Below, in pieces: positions 29,726 to 40,191 of a stretch of DNA of 64,000 nucleotides. The notes under the pieces are model-generated. The model did no database searches, was not told the origin of the DNA, and saw only the letters and a list, made by a program, of their open reading frames with translations. Origin of the DNA: Hungatella effluvii (GTDB taxonomy: Bacteria; Bacillota; Clostridia; Lachnospirales; Lachnospiraceae). A program made the translations under genes and the position numbers. Each line of letters begins with the position of its first letter. Within the stretch, counting starts at the first letter, position 1. The stretch is taken from NCBI RefSeq assembly GCF_003201875.1, contig NZ_QJKD01000012.1:1-64000 (forward strand). The letters run 5' to 3'.

Positions 29726-30736
29726 TTACTCTCCCTGAACTATCGTACTCTTCCCATAAACAATCTCATATCCCATCTTCACCTCCCGGCGAATCTGATC
29801 TCCTGCGCTCAGCATGTTGACCAGCATGCGCGCGGCCTCTTCCCCGCTCGTCTTATAATAGTAGTGAACGGTGGTCAGCCTCGGCACGCATACCCGGGCT
29901 GTCTCCGAATCTCCGATCCCGGCAATCTGAATCTCCTCCGGAACCCGCCTTCCGGTCTCCCGCAGATACGTCACACCGCCTGTGGCGATACTGTCCGTGG
30001 CGCAGAAAATGGAATCGATCTCAGGATTTTCACACAATAGACGCTTCGTCTGCTCATATCCGGAATCCATGCTGAATTTGCCTTCCGCATAGGGTACCCG
30101 GTCCGCGCCGATTCCGGCGTCTCTCACTGCATCCAGAAAGCCTTCCTTTCTTCGCTTACCAGCCGCCTCGTCGCGTTCCAGCACGCCTATACAGGCCGGG
30201 TGCTTTCCATGGGCGAGCAGCAGAGAAGTCAGGTCGTATGCTGCGTGATAGTCATCGTGATAGACGCAGGAATACCCTGCAAGGCTCTGGCCCAGGATCA
30301 CCACCGGAACGGCAAGCTCCTTCAGGACCTTTTTATGAGCCGCCGTAAACACGGTTCCGATCAGGATAATCCCATCGACCTGGTTCTCGGCCAGCACACG
30401 CAGATACTTGACCTCTTCCTTCTCATCATTATCCGTATTGGCAAGAAGGAGCTGGTAGCCTGCTTTGGACAGCACTGCACTGATCCCCGCCACCATACGG
30501 CTGATAGATGCGGAATTGATCTTCGGGATAATCACCCCGATCAGATTCGTCTTTTTCGTCCTCAGCGTCTGGGCCTGGGCGGAAGGCTTATACCCGGTCT
30601 CCTCGATCACTTTTCTTATTTTCTCTTTTTTATCCTCACTGACGTAGCCATCATTTAAAAACCGTGAGACCGTCGCCCTGGACACTCCCGCCAGCTTCGC
30701 TATTTCATTAATATTCATCGGCTTCCTCTGATTCAC
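29726..30736 (-). CDS. scrR: LacI-family sucrose operon repressor
   Basis: N-terminal HTH MNINEIAKLAGVSRATVSRFLN plus periplasmic-binding-fold domain. Confidence 0.85.
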   Translation of the reverse strand: MNQRKPMNINEIAKLAGVSRATVSRFLNDGYVSEDKKEKIRKVIEETGYKPSAQAQTLRTKKTNLIGVIIPKINSASISRMVAGISAVLSKAGYQLLLANTDNDEKEEVKYLRVLAENQVDGIILIGTVFTAAHKKVLKELAVPVVILGQSLAGYSCVYHDDYHAAYDLTSLLLAHGKHPACIGVLERDEAAGKRRKEGFLDAVRDAGIGADRVPYAEGKFSMDSGYEQTKRLLCENPEIDSIFCATDSIATGGVTYLRETGRRVPEEIQIAGIGDSETARVCVPRLTTVHYYYKTSGEEAARMLVNMLSAGDQIRREVKMGYEIVYGKSTIVQGE

Positions 30737-30763
30737 TGCAGCACCGGTTCGCTGTCATTTTCT

Positions 30764-31306
30764 CTATTCCTTCCGGAAACGGTCAGAAGCCGTTCCATAG
30801 GCAATCTCGTGTATTTCATTCTTATAAGGTTCAAACTCTTCTTTTGTCACAGGTTTTCCATAACTCATCACCCACAGCGGAATGGGATGGTCCTCCTCCT
30901 TCAGCGGAAGCTGCATATAGGGGAACGTATTGATGGAAAAGCCCAGTCGTTCATAAAAGCCGGCCCGCCTTCCCGTCATGGGGTCTTTCTCCGTCACGGG
31001 TTCGATCTCCAGAAACACGGGTTTGTCCGTCTCGGCAAGGCATTCCTCCACCAGCTGCTTTCCATACCCTTTTCCCCTGCACCGCTCCGTGGTGGCCAGA
31101 TGTTCCAAAAACAGACAGCCGGGCAGTTCCCAATAGCTCACAAACGCCAGCATGCTGCCGTCTTCCTCCTTAATCCTGACACGGTGGCACGGATGATTTA
31201 AAATGTCTCTCTGCTGCTCCCTAGTCCGCCGCTCCTTGCTGGGGAAGGACTCTTCATAGATACGGTAGTACTCCTCGAAGCGGGACTGTGGTTCTTTCAA
31301 TAGCAT
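30764..31306 (-). CDS. GNAT-family N-acetyltransferase
   Basis: Acetyl-CoA binding motif A-like RCRGKGYGKQLV. Confidence 0.7.
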   Translation of the reverse strand: MLLKEPQSRFEEYYRIYEESFPSKERRTREQQRDILNHPCHRVRIKEEDGSMLAFVSYWELPGCLFLEHLATTERCRGKGYGKQLVEECLAETDKPVFLEIEPVTEKDPMTGRRAGFYERLGFSINTFPYMQLPLKEEDHPIPLWVMSYGKPVTKEEFEPYKNEIHEIAYGTASDRFRKE

Positions 31307-31457
31307 GATATCTCTCCTGTTCCTGTTTTGTAACTAACAGTGTACCATTTTTCCTGAAAGTTTTCAACGGGGGGCTTCTGGCAGAAGATGAAAGACGCTG
31401 TGAAATGTAGTGTACTCTCTACCTTTCCCAGCGTCTTTACAGTAATCGCTTCCGAAT

Positions 31458-32213
31458 TTACGTATCCAGAAATTCTTTCATAATCTCCCCGCGGATTTCC
31501 AGGAATGTGGAATCGGTACGATCCCTTGGAAATGGCAGGTTTACAGGTACTATCTTCTTTACAACACCCGGATTCTTTCCCATAATCACAACCCGGTTGC
31601 TTAGGTAAATCGCCTCGTCGATATCGTGCGTGACGATCATCATCGTCGTCTTGTCCTGCTCCCATATGCGCAGCACTTCCTGCTGCATGGCCATACGGGT
31701 AAATGCATCCAGCGCGCCGAATGGTTCATCCAAAAGAAGCAGCTGAGGCCTTGTGGCGAGTGCGCGGGCGATGCTGACACGCTGCTGCATGCCGCCGGAA
31801 AGCTGGTTCGGTACGGCGTTTGTAAACTCAGTCAGCCCTACCAGTTTAATGTAATAGTCCACCATTTTCTTTTTCTCGGCCCTCGGCACAGCATCGGATA
31901 TTACAAACTCGATGTTCTGCTCTACGGTCAGCCAGGGAAAAAGCCTTGCCTCCTGGAATATCATGCTGCATTTGGGGGATGGCCCGTTTACCGGCTCCCC
32001 ATCCAGTAAAATCTCGCCGGAGCTGATCGTCTCCAGAGTGGTGATCAGCTTTAACAGCGTGCTTTTCCCACATCCGCTGGCTCCGACTATGGCCAGCAGC
32101 TCCCCTTTTTTAACCGTTAAATCGACGCCTGCGAGCACTTCGAATTTCTGCCCCCTGATAAAGAAATTCTTATGCAGGCCATTGATCTCAAGAATATTTG
32201 TGTTCTCTGCCAT
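31458..32213 (-). CDS. ABC transporter ATP-binding protein (NitT/TauT/SsuB family)
   Basis: Walker A GASGCGKST, signature LSGGMQQR, Walker B LLLDEP. Confidence 0.85.
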   Translation of the reverse strand: MAENTNILEINGLHKNFFIRGQKFEVLAGVDLTVKKGELLAIVGASGCGKSTLLKLITTLETISSGEILLDGEPVNGPSPKCSMIFQEARLFPWLTVEQNIEFVISDAVPRAEKKKMVDYYIKLVGLTEFTNAVPNQLSGGMQQRVSIARALATRPQLLLLDEPFGALDAFTRMAMQQEVLRIWEQDKTTMMIVTHDIDEAIYLSNRVVIMGKNPGVVKKIVPVNLPFPRDRTDSTFLEIRGEIMKEFLDT

Positions 32214-32229
32214 GGTATATCCGCCCTCC

Positions 32230-33030
32230 TTATTTGCTGTCGATAATGCCGCGGGTCTTTGCCAGATAATAGTGTTCCAGCCGGGTCAGGCCCTTGTCGA
32301 TAATCAGGCCGATCACGCCGATGACCAGCACGCACATGTACATGACGCGGGCATTTGCCGTCTCGCGGGACAGGGTGATTAAATAACCGATGCCGGTAGA
32401 GGAAGCGATCATTTCTGCGGCAACCACACTCATCCACGCATTGCTCATTCCAAGTCGGAGGCCTGTGAGAATGGCGGGAATGGAGGAGGGAACGATGATC
32501 CTTAAAATAGTTTTTGAGGTCCGTATCCGGTATGTGTAGGCCACTTCCAGCAGCTTGTTGTCCACGGTCTGAATTCCGTGCATGGTATTGAGCAGCACTG
32601 GCCAGAAGGAGCCGAAGGCGATAATTGCAACCTTAGAAGAGAATCCGATACCAGCCAACAGAATCACAATCGGCACCAGCGCAATGGTCGGAATCGGGCG
32701 GAGTACGCTGACGATACCGTTTAAAGCTGCGCTCACCGGCTTAAACAGCCCCATCAGAAATCCCACTGCCACGCCGCACATCGCGCCGATCACATAACCG
32801 CACGCCACACGGCCGAAGCTGACGCTTAAGTTTTTCCAGAGCTTTCCAGATTCGATATAGGACAGAAATGTCTTTGCAATCGTCAGGGGAGCCGGTACAA
32901 GAGAAGCCTTCACCAGTCCGTGAGTTGACGCATACTGCCAGATAAGAATCACCAGGACGGGAAATACAATGGCGATTACCGGCAGTATTTTATTTTGTCT
33001 GGCGTTGTTTTGGGTTTTGAGATTGAACAT
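32230..33030 (-). CDS. ABC transporter permease (SsuC/TauC-type)
   Basis: 6-TM BPD_transp_1 pattern. Confidence 0.8.
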   Translation of the reverse strand: MFNLKTQNNARQNKILPVIAIVFPVLVILIWQYASTHGLVKASLVPAPLTIAKTFLSYIESGKLWKNLSVSFGRVACGYVIGAMCGVAVGFLMGLFKPVSAALNGIVSVLRPIPTIALVPIVILLAGIGFSSKVAIIAFGSFWPVLLNTMHGIQTVDNKLLEVAYTYRIRTSKTILRIIVPSSIPAILTGLRLGMSNAWMSVVAAEMIASSTGIGYLITLSRETANARVMYMCVLVIGVIGLIIDKGLTRLEHYYLAKTRGIIDSK

Positions 33031-33055
33031 TCGTAAACTTCCTTTCCATATATTT

Positions 33056-33210
33056 GTAACTGTTCAGCCGTGCATCTTCTTGTTTTCGAAAAGCACGAAA
33101 ACAAGAAGCCCGGGCGTTCCGCCCTATGTCAGTTTACACAGAAAAGTACTTATACAAGCAAGCTTGTAACATACTTTTCCGCGCAAACCGCCGCACGGCT
33201 GAACAGTTAC
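33056..33210. repeat. 155-bp element bounded by 18-bp perfect inverted repeats (gtaactgttcagccgtgc ... gcacggctgaacagttac). Encloses an 11-bp-stem hairpin (cttcttgtttt/aaaacaagaag) and further palindromes
   Basis: Read directly. Arms are near-identical to the REP-like hairpin at 2332-2381. Confidence 0.6.
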
Positions 33211-33280
33211 ATATACTCCGATGTACGGCAAAACCGGCGTACCATCCAGTCAGACGGACAGCCGCCGGTTTTAACGCCAT

Positions 33281-34399
33281 TTACCGGTAACCGGCCATTT
33301 CCAGATATTTCAGTTCCAGAATATCGTCCATGGTGATATCCGGATTGGATAACAGATCATTGCTCTTCATGAATTCCAGTACCTCGCCCAACACGCGCAG
33401 ATCCTGTTCCGTCAAATTGATGCCGAAATTAGAACCGCTGTACATGGTGGAAAACCAGGTTTCCTCCCGCTGGGTGATTTCCGCCAGTGTGGTAAATGCT
33501 TTTTTCTGATTATCTTCACTCTCCGCCATCCAGTCATCCACGCGCTGAACCACCTTCAGGACCTTGGCCGTGATTTCCGGGTATTTCTCACAGAATTCCG
33601 TACGTCCCACAAACGCGCTGATCTGGCAGGTCTCGCTGACAGCGCCGTCAGCCAGTACATGTACGTCACCGGCATCGATCATAGAACTGAATTTTGCCAG
33701 CTGGTCGGCCGCCCCCTGCACTTCACCGGAAGCTAGAAGCGTCACCGTATCGTTCGTGTTGACCAGTTCGATGTCATCCTCGGAAAGTCCGAGAGAATGT
33801 AAGTATGTCAAAAGCAGGTAGTGGGCGCTGGTACCGACGGATACGGCGACCTTAGCCCCCTTGAGTCCCTCCGCGTCCGTAATATCTTTGCCCACCACCA
33901 GCGGATACATCGTTTCCGTATCGCAGTTGCGGCCGATAATCTTATAACCGTAGTCTGCGGAGATACCCGCGATCGCCGCCTGTTCACCGAACTCTGCGAA
34001 ATCCAGATCACCGGAAGCGAACGCCTCGGAGATGGCCGGACCGTTCTGGAAATAGTCCATCGTAAAGGTTACGTTGCTTCCCTCAAATTCTTCCTGCAGA
34101 TATCCCAGATTGTAAGCCAGATTTAATGGAAACTGGCTGTTGATGTCCCCCAGATGAATCTCAATCGGATCGCCGTCGTATACGTAGTCATCGATGGATG
34201 CCTCCGCCTTCGTCTCCGCGGCCGTCGTATCCCCCGATGCGGATTCTGCGTTCTCTGCCTCTTCCCCTGCCGCCTTCGTTGTGTCTGCTTCTGCGGAAGC
34301 CGTCGTCTGCGGAGCCGTGTCCCTGCCAGCTCCGGACGAGCACCCGAACAGGGCTGCTGCCATACAGATTGACAGTCCGATAGATAATACTTTTTTCAT
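33281..34399 (-). CDS. ABC transporter substrate-binding lipoprotein (NMT1/SsuA/ThiY-like)
   Basis: Lipobox LFGCSS, acidic linker, SBP fold. Confidence 0.7.
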   Translation of the reverse strand: MKKVLSIGLSICMAAALFGCSSGAGRDTAPQTTASAEADTTKAAGEEAENAESASGDTTAAETKAEASIDDYVYDGDPIEIHLGDINSQFPLNLAYNLGYLQEEFEGSNVTFTMDYFQNGPAISEAFASGDLDFAEFGEQAAIAGISADYGYKIIGRNCDTETMYPLVVGKDITDAEGLKGAKVAVSVGTSAHYLLLTYLHSLGLSEDDIELVNTNDTVTLLASGEVQGAADQLAKFSSMIDAGDVHVLADGAVSETCQISAFVGRTEFCEKYPEITAKVLKVVQRVDDWMAESEDNQKKAFTTLAEITQREETWFSTMYSGSNFGINLTEQDLRVLGEVLEFMKSNDLLSNPDITMDDILELKYLEMAGYR

Positions 34400-34452
34400 G
34401 TTGCGTTCCTCCTCTTTTTGTGTGTTTGGTGGTGGCTGTACAGCCAGGTATG

Positions 34453-35301
34453 TTACAGTTTGAGCAGCTTTGCTGCATTATTGTAAAAGAAATCCGGCTT
34501 TACGGATTCTTTTAAGCCGCAGTTTTCGTAAAACCTGGCTGTATCCATGATGTTGAGGATGGGATAGGCCGTGCCGAACAGCATCTGGTGCTTCATCAGC
34601 GTATTGGCCGCTTTAATATAATCCCCGCTTCCCGCTCCTGTTAATCCGTACATATCCGGAACTATGTAAATATTAGGTGAGTTAAATGCCATGGCCATCA
34701 CCTCTAAGTGCCATGGCCAGCCTCCATGGCCCACGATGATCTTTAAATCCGGAAAATGGTGCAGCACACTCCCCAGCTGGCGCACCGTGTCCGGGTCAAC
34801 CACTGGCAGAAGCTTGGCACTGTAGCTCACAAACAGGGCCAGATCCTCTTTTTCGAGTTTCTCATACATGGGAAATGCGATCGGGTCATCGAAAGCATAG
34901 GGTTTCGGCTGATAGGTCGGCTCTACGCTCACTCCCCGGATATCCCACCGGTCCCTGCATCGGTCGATCTCGTAAAGAGCCTCATCCCCGTCGGTCGGAT
35001 CGATGTAGGGAAAGATCATAAAACGGCCGGGATATTTCGCTGTAAGCGGAAACATCCCCTCGCTGTCCACTCCCAGATTCTTTCTTCCGGGAACGACTGA
35101 GATCTCAATGTCTGCCAGATCCATTTCTTTTACAAACTGCTCCAGATTTCCCGTGCGCTGTGATTCGGAGACGGTCATATCAAATGCGTCTGCGAGCCGT
35201 GCGAAATGCGCCTGTTCGTTCTGGAACATGGTCAGATAATTTCCGTAGGGCGGGCGTACCCTGAAATCAATTTTCTTATACACGTTTGTACTCCTATACA
35301 A
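34453..35301 (-). CDS. Amidohydrolase-2 family (TIM-barrel metal-dependent hydrolase)
   Basis: General fold features; HxH-type metal ligands near the N-terminus are not clear. Confidence 0.45.
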   Translation of the reverse strand: MYRSTNVYKKIDFRVRPPYGNYLTMFQNEQAHFARLADAFDMTVSESQRTGNLEQFVKEMDLADIEISVVPGRKNLGVDSEGMFPLTAKYPGRFMIFPYIDPTDGDEALYEIDRCRDRWDIRGVSVEPTYQPKPYAFDDPIAFPMYEKLEKEDLALFVSYSAKLLPVVDPDTVRQLGSVLHHFPDLKIIVGHGGWPWHLEVMAMAFNSPNIYIVPDMYGLTGAGSGDYIKAANTLMKHQMLFGTAYPILNIMDTARFYENCGLKESVKPDFFYNNAAKLLKL

Positions 35302-35372
35302 ATATTCATATTAATTTTGCTTTACTTAGTATATAATAAAGGAAATGAAAAGAATATGAGATTTCTCACATT

Positions 35373-36074
35373 TTGGTGAATTTTAGGAGGTGTGAAATGA
35401 AGAGTGCAGAGAGCACGGCCGTGACGGACAGGGTATTGAAGGAGCATGAGTTCGAGAGCCATTTTTCCTTTGATATCCGTCCTCATATCCGTGTCACAGA
35501 GTATGAAAAGGGCGAATATATTATCCGCAACACCGATCAGCTGACGAGGATTCTCTACCTGGTTTCTGGGACGGCGAAGCTGTATGGCTTCCATAAAAAT
35601 GGCCGGCAGTCGCTGATTAATTTTTTTACGCCGTTCAGCCTCTTTGGCGTACCGGAGCTGTTTGAGGAGAACAAACGCCCCTATCCCCTGGTGGCACAGA
35701 CGAGATGCCGCTTTATCGAGATCGACACAAAGGGCTGCCGCGCCGGACTTCTGCAGGATGCACAGTTTCTGAGGTTCTGCTGCAGCATGGCCTTAAAACA
35801 GAATGTGGCCCAGAACCGCAAGTACATGAGCCTGACCGCCTATCCCAGCCGCAATAATTTTGCCGCCTGTCTGCTGCTGCTCCAGAACGGCGGACTGCTG
35901 TCTGTGAAATACACAGAGATTGCGGAGTACTTAACGATCTCCTACCGCCACCTGATGCATCTAATCTCCACCATGTGTGAGGAACAGATTCTGGAACGTG
36001 TACCAAAGGGCGTCCGAATCCTGGACTGGGATAAGGTGCGGGAGCTGGCGGAGGAGATACGGGAGGAGGAATAG
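35373..36074 (+). CDS. Crp/Fnr-family transcriptional regulator
   Basis: cNMP-binding beta-roll plus C-terminal HTH (TEIAEYLTISYRHLMHLISTM). Confidence 0.8.
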   Translation: MVNFRRCEMKSAESTAVTDRVLKEHEFESHFSFDIRPHIRVTEYEKGEYIIRNTDQLTRILYLVSGTAKLYGFHKNGRQSLINFFTPFSLFGVPELFEENKRPYPLVAQTRCRFIEIDTKGCRAGLLQDAQFLRFCCSMALKQNVAQNRKYMSLTAYPSRNNFAACLLLLQNGGLLSVKYTEIAEYLTISYRHLMHLISTMCEEQILERVPKGVRILDWDKVRELAEEIREEE

Positions 36075-36244
36075 ATGGGGAGGAAGACAAAGGCTTGAAG
36101 ACGATTGATATATATTAAAAAGGCGGCTCACGAATTATAGATCGTGAGACCGCTCTTTTTAAATAAGTGTTTATGAAGTCGCTAATGCATCATTTTATGG
36201 TATTGATTTTATAACATTTATTTTATGTCATTCATTCACTGATA

Positions 36245-38077
36245 CTATTTTACCGTAATTCTTCCCTGGCCGCGCGGGTCGCCGTAATCAGCGCCTACAT
36301 TGCCGCCTAAGTTGGTATTGATATATGCGGAAAGAATGTCCACATCCGTCATGACCTCGTCCCTTGTGATATTCGCACCTGCGAACATGGTCATTCCGTC
36401 ACCGCCGGATTTCAGCATGTAGTTATGGGAAGCGACCGTATATGTCCTGTTTACATCCAGAGCTTCCGCCCCTACCTTGATATCGGTCACGCGGTAAGCG
36501 CCGCCAACTTTTATAAAGTTCCCCTTTTCATCGGTCTGAACCGTAGTCGGAACAGACGTATCGATGGTATAGGATAGTCCTGATACCTGCAGGAAGCCGC
36601 CGTTTTCATCCGGGCAGTTTCTGGAAGCCATCTCCAGAGCGTCCTTAATCTGCTGGCCCTTCACTTCCACTACGCATCCCATGTTGCCGTATGGAAATAC
36701 TGCCAGTGTATCATTATAAGTGATATTGCCTGCCGCTATGTTGGCACGGATGCCTCCGCCGTTGGATAATCCGATATCTGCTCCCAGTACGTAACGGTAT
36801 GCATCAGCAGTCAGATCGCCCAGGTTCGTCTCGGCACTTCTCACGGCGCGTTCTCCCGTCCCAGGATCGTTGACGGTCAAGTCCACATCACTGTGCCCCA
36901 GAACTGCTTTTAACGTCTCATTGTACTGCGCCTGAATTCCTTTGATGAACTGATCGGTGTCATAGTCTACATTTTTCCCATCCTCCGTGACGGCACTTCC
37001 TCCAGGAAGAGTGAGCTGCATGCCGATAGTCAGCATATCAGGATTTTTAATCTTATCTCTGTTGGCATCGTAAATCTCTGTCCAGCGGTTATAGGATCCC
37101 AGTTCTCTCTTTGCAATTCTGCTTAAGGAGTCCCCGGATTTCACCGTATACGCCCTGGAAGCGCCTCCGGCCTCTACCTTGGAGATCAGTTCTGTCGTGA
37201 TTGTTCCATCTTTTTTGATCGTCATCTTTCCGATATCCTGAAGCTTCGTACCGGTCTGCGTAAGCGTGATGTCTTTTCCGTCCTTGTTTTTTACAACCTT
37301 GGAGGGTACCGTCTCATGAGAGTGGCCGTCGATTACAGCATCAATTCCGTTGGTATTCTTAATGACGCTGTCAGATGACCAGCGCTCCGTGGTTCCGTTT
37401 TCTCCCAGATGGCCGACGAGAATGACGTAATTGGCTCCATCCGCTCTGGCCGCGTCCACGCTGGACTGAATCCGGTCATAGAGCTTCTGTCCGCTCTCGT
37501 CCTCGCAGAAACTGTAAATATAGTTTCCGTTTGCATCCTGGAAATACGCCGGAGTGGATTTTGTAAAGCTTTCCGGTGTACTGGCGCCCACGAGGGCAAC
37601 CTTCGTATCTCCGTATGTCATCATCTTGTACGGGGCGAATACGGTCTGTCCTGTGCGCAGATCCAGGAAGTTACAGGAATAGTAGCCGCAGCTCAGTTTC
37701 CCCGCCAGTTCCAGGAAACGGGGCATGCCATAATCGAATTCATGGTTTCCAGGTATGGCGAAGTCATAGCCAACCTTATTCATGATATCGATTAAGTAGC
37801 CTCCATCGGAAAGCGTTCCGATGGGCGCGCCCTGAATGGCATCGCCGGCGTCCACGAGAACAACGTACGGTGTCTGCTCAAGCATCTGCTTCTTATAAAG
37901 CGCCAGCCCTGCATATCCGATGTTGTCATCAACGCCGCAGTGGACATCGTTGGTATACAGCACAACGATATCGTGGTCAGCCGCCGCCGCGGTAAACGAC
38001 ATGCCGGTGGTCAGGGACAGCACCATCAGCAGCGTGAGCCACAGAGACAGAAACCTTCTTTTTCCGCTTCTTTTCAT
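36245..38077 (-). CDS. Secreted bifunctional metallophosphatase/5'-nucleotidase with an embedded LysM domain
   Basis: Signal peptide; calcineurin-like motifs (NDVHCG, GNHEFD); LysM block YTVKSGDSLSRIAKRELGSYNRWTEIYDANRDKIKNPDMLTIGMQLTLP; 5'-nucleotidase C-terminal domain. Confidence 0.8.
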   Translation of the reverse strand: MKRSGKRRFLSLWLTLLMVLSLTTGMSFTAAAADHDIVVLYTNDVHCGVDDNIGYAGLALYKKQMLEQTPYVVLVDAGDAIQGAPIGTLSDGGYLIDIMNKVGYDFAIPGNHEFDYGMPRFLELAGKLSCGYYSCNFLDLRTGQTVFAPYKMMTYGDTKVALVGASTPESFTKSTPAYFQDANGNYIYSFCEDESGQKLYDRIQSSVDAARADGANYVILVGHLGENGTTERWSSDSVIKNTNGIDAVIDGHSHETVPSKVVKNKDGKDITLTQTGTKLQDIGKMTIKKDGTITTELISKVEAGGASRAYTVKSGDSLSRIAKRELGSYNRWTEIYDANRDKIKNPDMLTIGMQLTLPGGSAVTEDGKNVDYDTDQFIKGIQAQYNETLKAVLGHSDVDLTVNDPGTGERAVRSAETNLGDLTADAYRYVLGADIGLSNGGGIRANIAAGNITYNDTLAVFPYGNMGCVVEVKGQQIKDALEMASRNCPDENGGFLQVSGLSYTIDTSVPTTVQTDEKGNFIKVGGAYRVTDIKVGAEALDVNRTYTVASHNYMLKSGGDGMTMFAGANITRDEVMTDVDILSAYINTNLGGNVGADYGDPRGQGRITVK

Positions 38078-38186
38078 TTTTTAAAGCCTCCTTTTTTTAC
38101 ATTTTTTACCTTTAAGTTTATTATAACAGATAAATGTAAAATAAGGGTATTGTTTTCCTGTTTTTTTCTGTACAGCTACTTCTTTT

Positions 38187-39962
38187 TTATGCAATTGCAT
38201 TGGCTGCTGTCATAATCCAAGCAGACCACATAACCGCTGAGAAAAGACCTGTATAAATACTGTTGGTTTTATTGGTTATGTAACAGTTAATGGTATTGCT
38301 GACCGCAAATGCAGGTATCATTGAAAAAATTGCACCGGCATAGATATAGCCTCTGTTCTTTGGAAACAGTACGCTTCCTGTCGTACGGAATACAATATTA
38401 AATATAAGGAACAGCAGACCAAGTCCGAGAACTCCGAACAAAAGGCTTAATATCATAGAATTGCGCATACCGGAACCTTTTGTTCTTTCTCCGTTATTTA
38501 AACTGATGCTTCTTCCTGCCAGCGTTGAAAACAGGAAGAATGGAATCTGCAGGAAGAAGTAGACCGGATAATACGGCATTCTGATATAAGTAACCGGTCG
38601 AATAGACGCCAGCCATATATGAATATCTCCTCCTGTAATATAATACATTAACAGATACGCCGCATAAGTAATTCCGATTATACAGCAGGCAAACAAAAGT
38701 GCTTTTAAAATATAGGCAATATGTACTCTATTTTCGTTTTCTGCCGTAGAGAGGCCATAAGTCATTAAATTGCCTCCGACTTTCTTTCCGTACAGATAAT
38801 GGTAAAGCAAAAAAAGGAGCAAAACGATACAGGCAGTTACCAGACTCCATAGAGCAAAACCATTTGCCGTATTATCCAGCTTTAATATGCTCGTCACATC
38901 AAATTTTTGTGCCAGTGTAGTACCTGGTATAAACAATACTGCAGGCAAAAACAGTAAAAGAAGAATAGAAATCCACCACATCAAACTGTTTCTCTGAAAT
39001 CCTACCGGTCTGCGAGCCGGCAGAATCAGTGCTGAAAACAGTTTCGTACACAGGAGCAGAGAAGCTGACGCAAACAGCAGCAGAATCAGCCCCGAAAATT
39101 GAATCATCATTCCCATATCCTTGAACATCCATACCTGATCAGAGGCCGATATCGGATTAGGCGCTGTCGTTGCTGTCATTACAGTTTCCAGGTATTGCGT
39201 AAGCAGCTCATGATTGACCATAGCACCAGCATGAGAGCTGTTTGGCATGTAAAAAATTCTTGCGGTACCTTCCTCAAAACTTCCGTACAGTGTTCCTACT
39301 TCCAAAGTTTCATCATCGGAAAGGCCAAAAAAGTTGTGGTACAGTTCGTTATGCGCCATATTCAAAATATTTCCGTCACTTCGAACCAGATTGCTTTCAT
39401 CATGTTTTCCAATTATGCAGACATAATTTGTATGAAAATTTTCCGTGTCATTCATACCTGGATTCATCCCAACTGCTATCTCAGCCTTTACATGATCCGG
39501 ATGATTTCCCGCAACCATAAAAGAATAGACGCCGCCCATGGAATGGCCTGATGTAATCAGCTGATCCTTCTGTACATAATCTACAGATTGTAAAAATGCG
39601 TAGGAAGCCTCTCCACCGTGTGTTTCATCCGGACTTGCCTCTGAACTTCCCGAATTCGATGCATCCCACGACAGTACTACATATCCTCGTCTTGCGAGTT
39701 CTACATTATAAGAACTCTGTGCTTCAGCAGATGCACCACCCCCATGGTTTGTGAGTACTGCGGGTGCCGGCGCTTCTTTGGTTGCAGTACGTGGAATATA
39801 GAGAATACCACTTACCATATTTCCGCAGCTATCGGAATAAGTAACTCTGCGTACCTTGACATTTCCCCCATTGGTACTGATGGCCACGTTTAAGAGCGTT
39901 CCCGCTGTCATAAGCAGAATTGCCGCTGCCAGCATAACCATCCTTTTGTTCCACCGTTTCAT
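38187..39962 (-). CDS. Secreted alpha/beta-hydrolase domain fused to a C-terminal polytopic (about 8-10 TM) membrane domain
   Basis: Signal/TM at N-terminus; oxyanion-hole HGGG; nucleophile elbow GHSMGG; C-terminal 300 aa strongly hydrophobic. Confidence 0.5.
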   Translation of the reverse strand: MKRWNKRMVMLAAAILLMTAGTLLNVAISTNGGNVKVRRVTYSDSCGNMVSGILYIPRTATKEAPAPAVLTNHGGGASAEAQSSYNVELARRGYVVLSWDASNSGSSEASPDETHGGEASYAFLQSVDYVQKDQLITSGHSMGGVYSFMVAGNHPDHVKAEIAVGMNPGMNDTENFHTNYVCIIGKHDESNLVRSDGNILNMAHNELYHNFFGLSDDETLEVGTLYGSFEEGTARIFYMPNSSHAGAMVNHELLTQYLETVMTATTAPNPISASDQVWMFKDMGMMIQFSGLILLLFASASLLLCTKLFSALILPARRPVGFQRNSLMWWISILLLLFLPAVLFIPGTTLAQKFDVTSILKLDNTANGFALWSLVTACIVLLLFLLYHYLYGKKVGGNLMTYGLSTAENENRVHIAYILKALLFACCIIGITYAAYLLMYYITGGDIHIWLASIRPVTYIRMPYYPVYFFLQIPFFLFSTLAGRSISLNNGERTKGSGMRNSMILSLLFGVLGLGLLFLIFNIVFRTTGSVLFPKNRGYIYAGAIFSMIPAFAVSNTINCYITNKTNSIYTGLFSAVMWSAWIMTAANAIA

Positions 39963-40191
39963 AGTGAACCTCCTCTTAAATGAATAATTTTTGCAGGCCG
40001 GTGTAAATGTCGAACCTGATGTATTCAGTCAACCACAATCAAATGCCGATGTACATTCCACATATCTGATCTACTTAACCAAATTTCTTTTTATCGATTG
40101 TACAAATTTAGTTTTATTATCTTTTTTTCTCTTCTTTGCCATCACCACTTGTCTAAAATACCATTATTGATTACACTATACTGGAGATCTT

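Noticed and set aside
33031-33280. Riboswitch in the gap between the substrate-binding-protein and permease genes
   Set aside because: The position is intercistronic rather than a 5' leader. No TPP, SAM or other conserved riboswitch core was recognised. The structure is better described as an inverted-repeat element.
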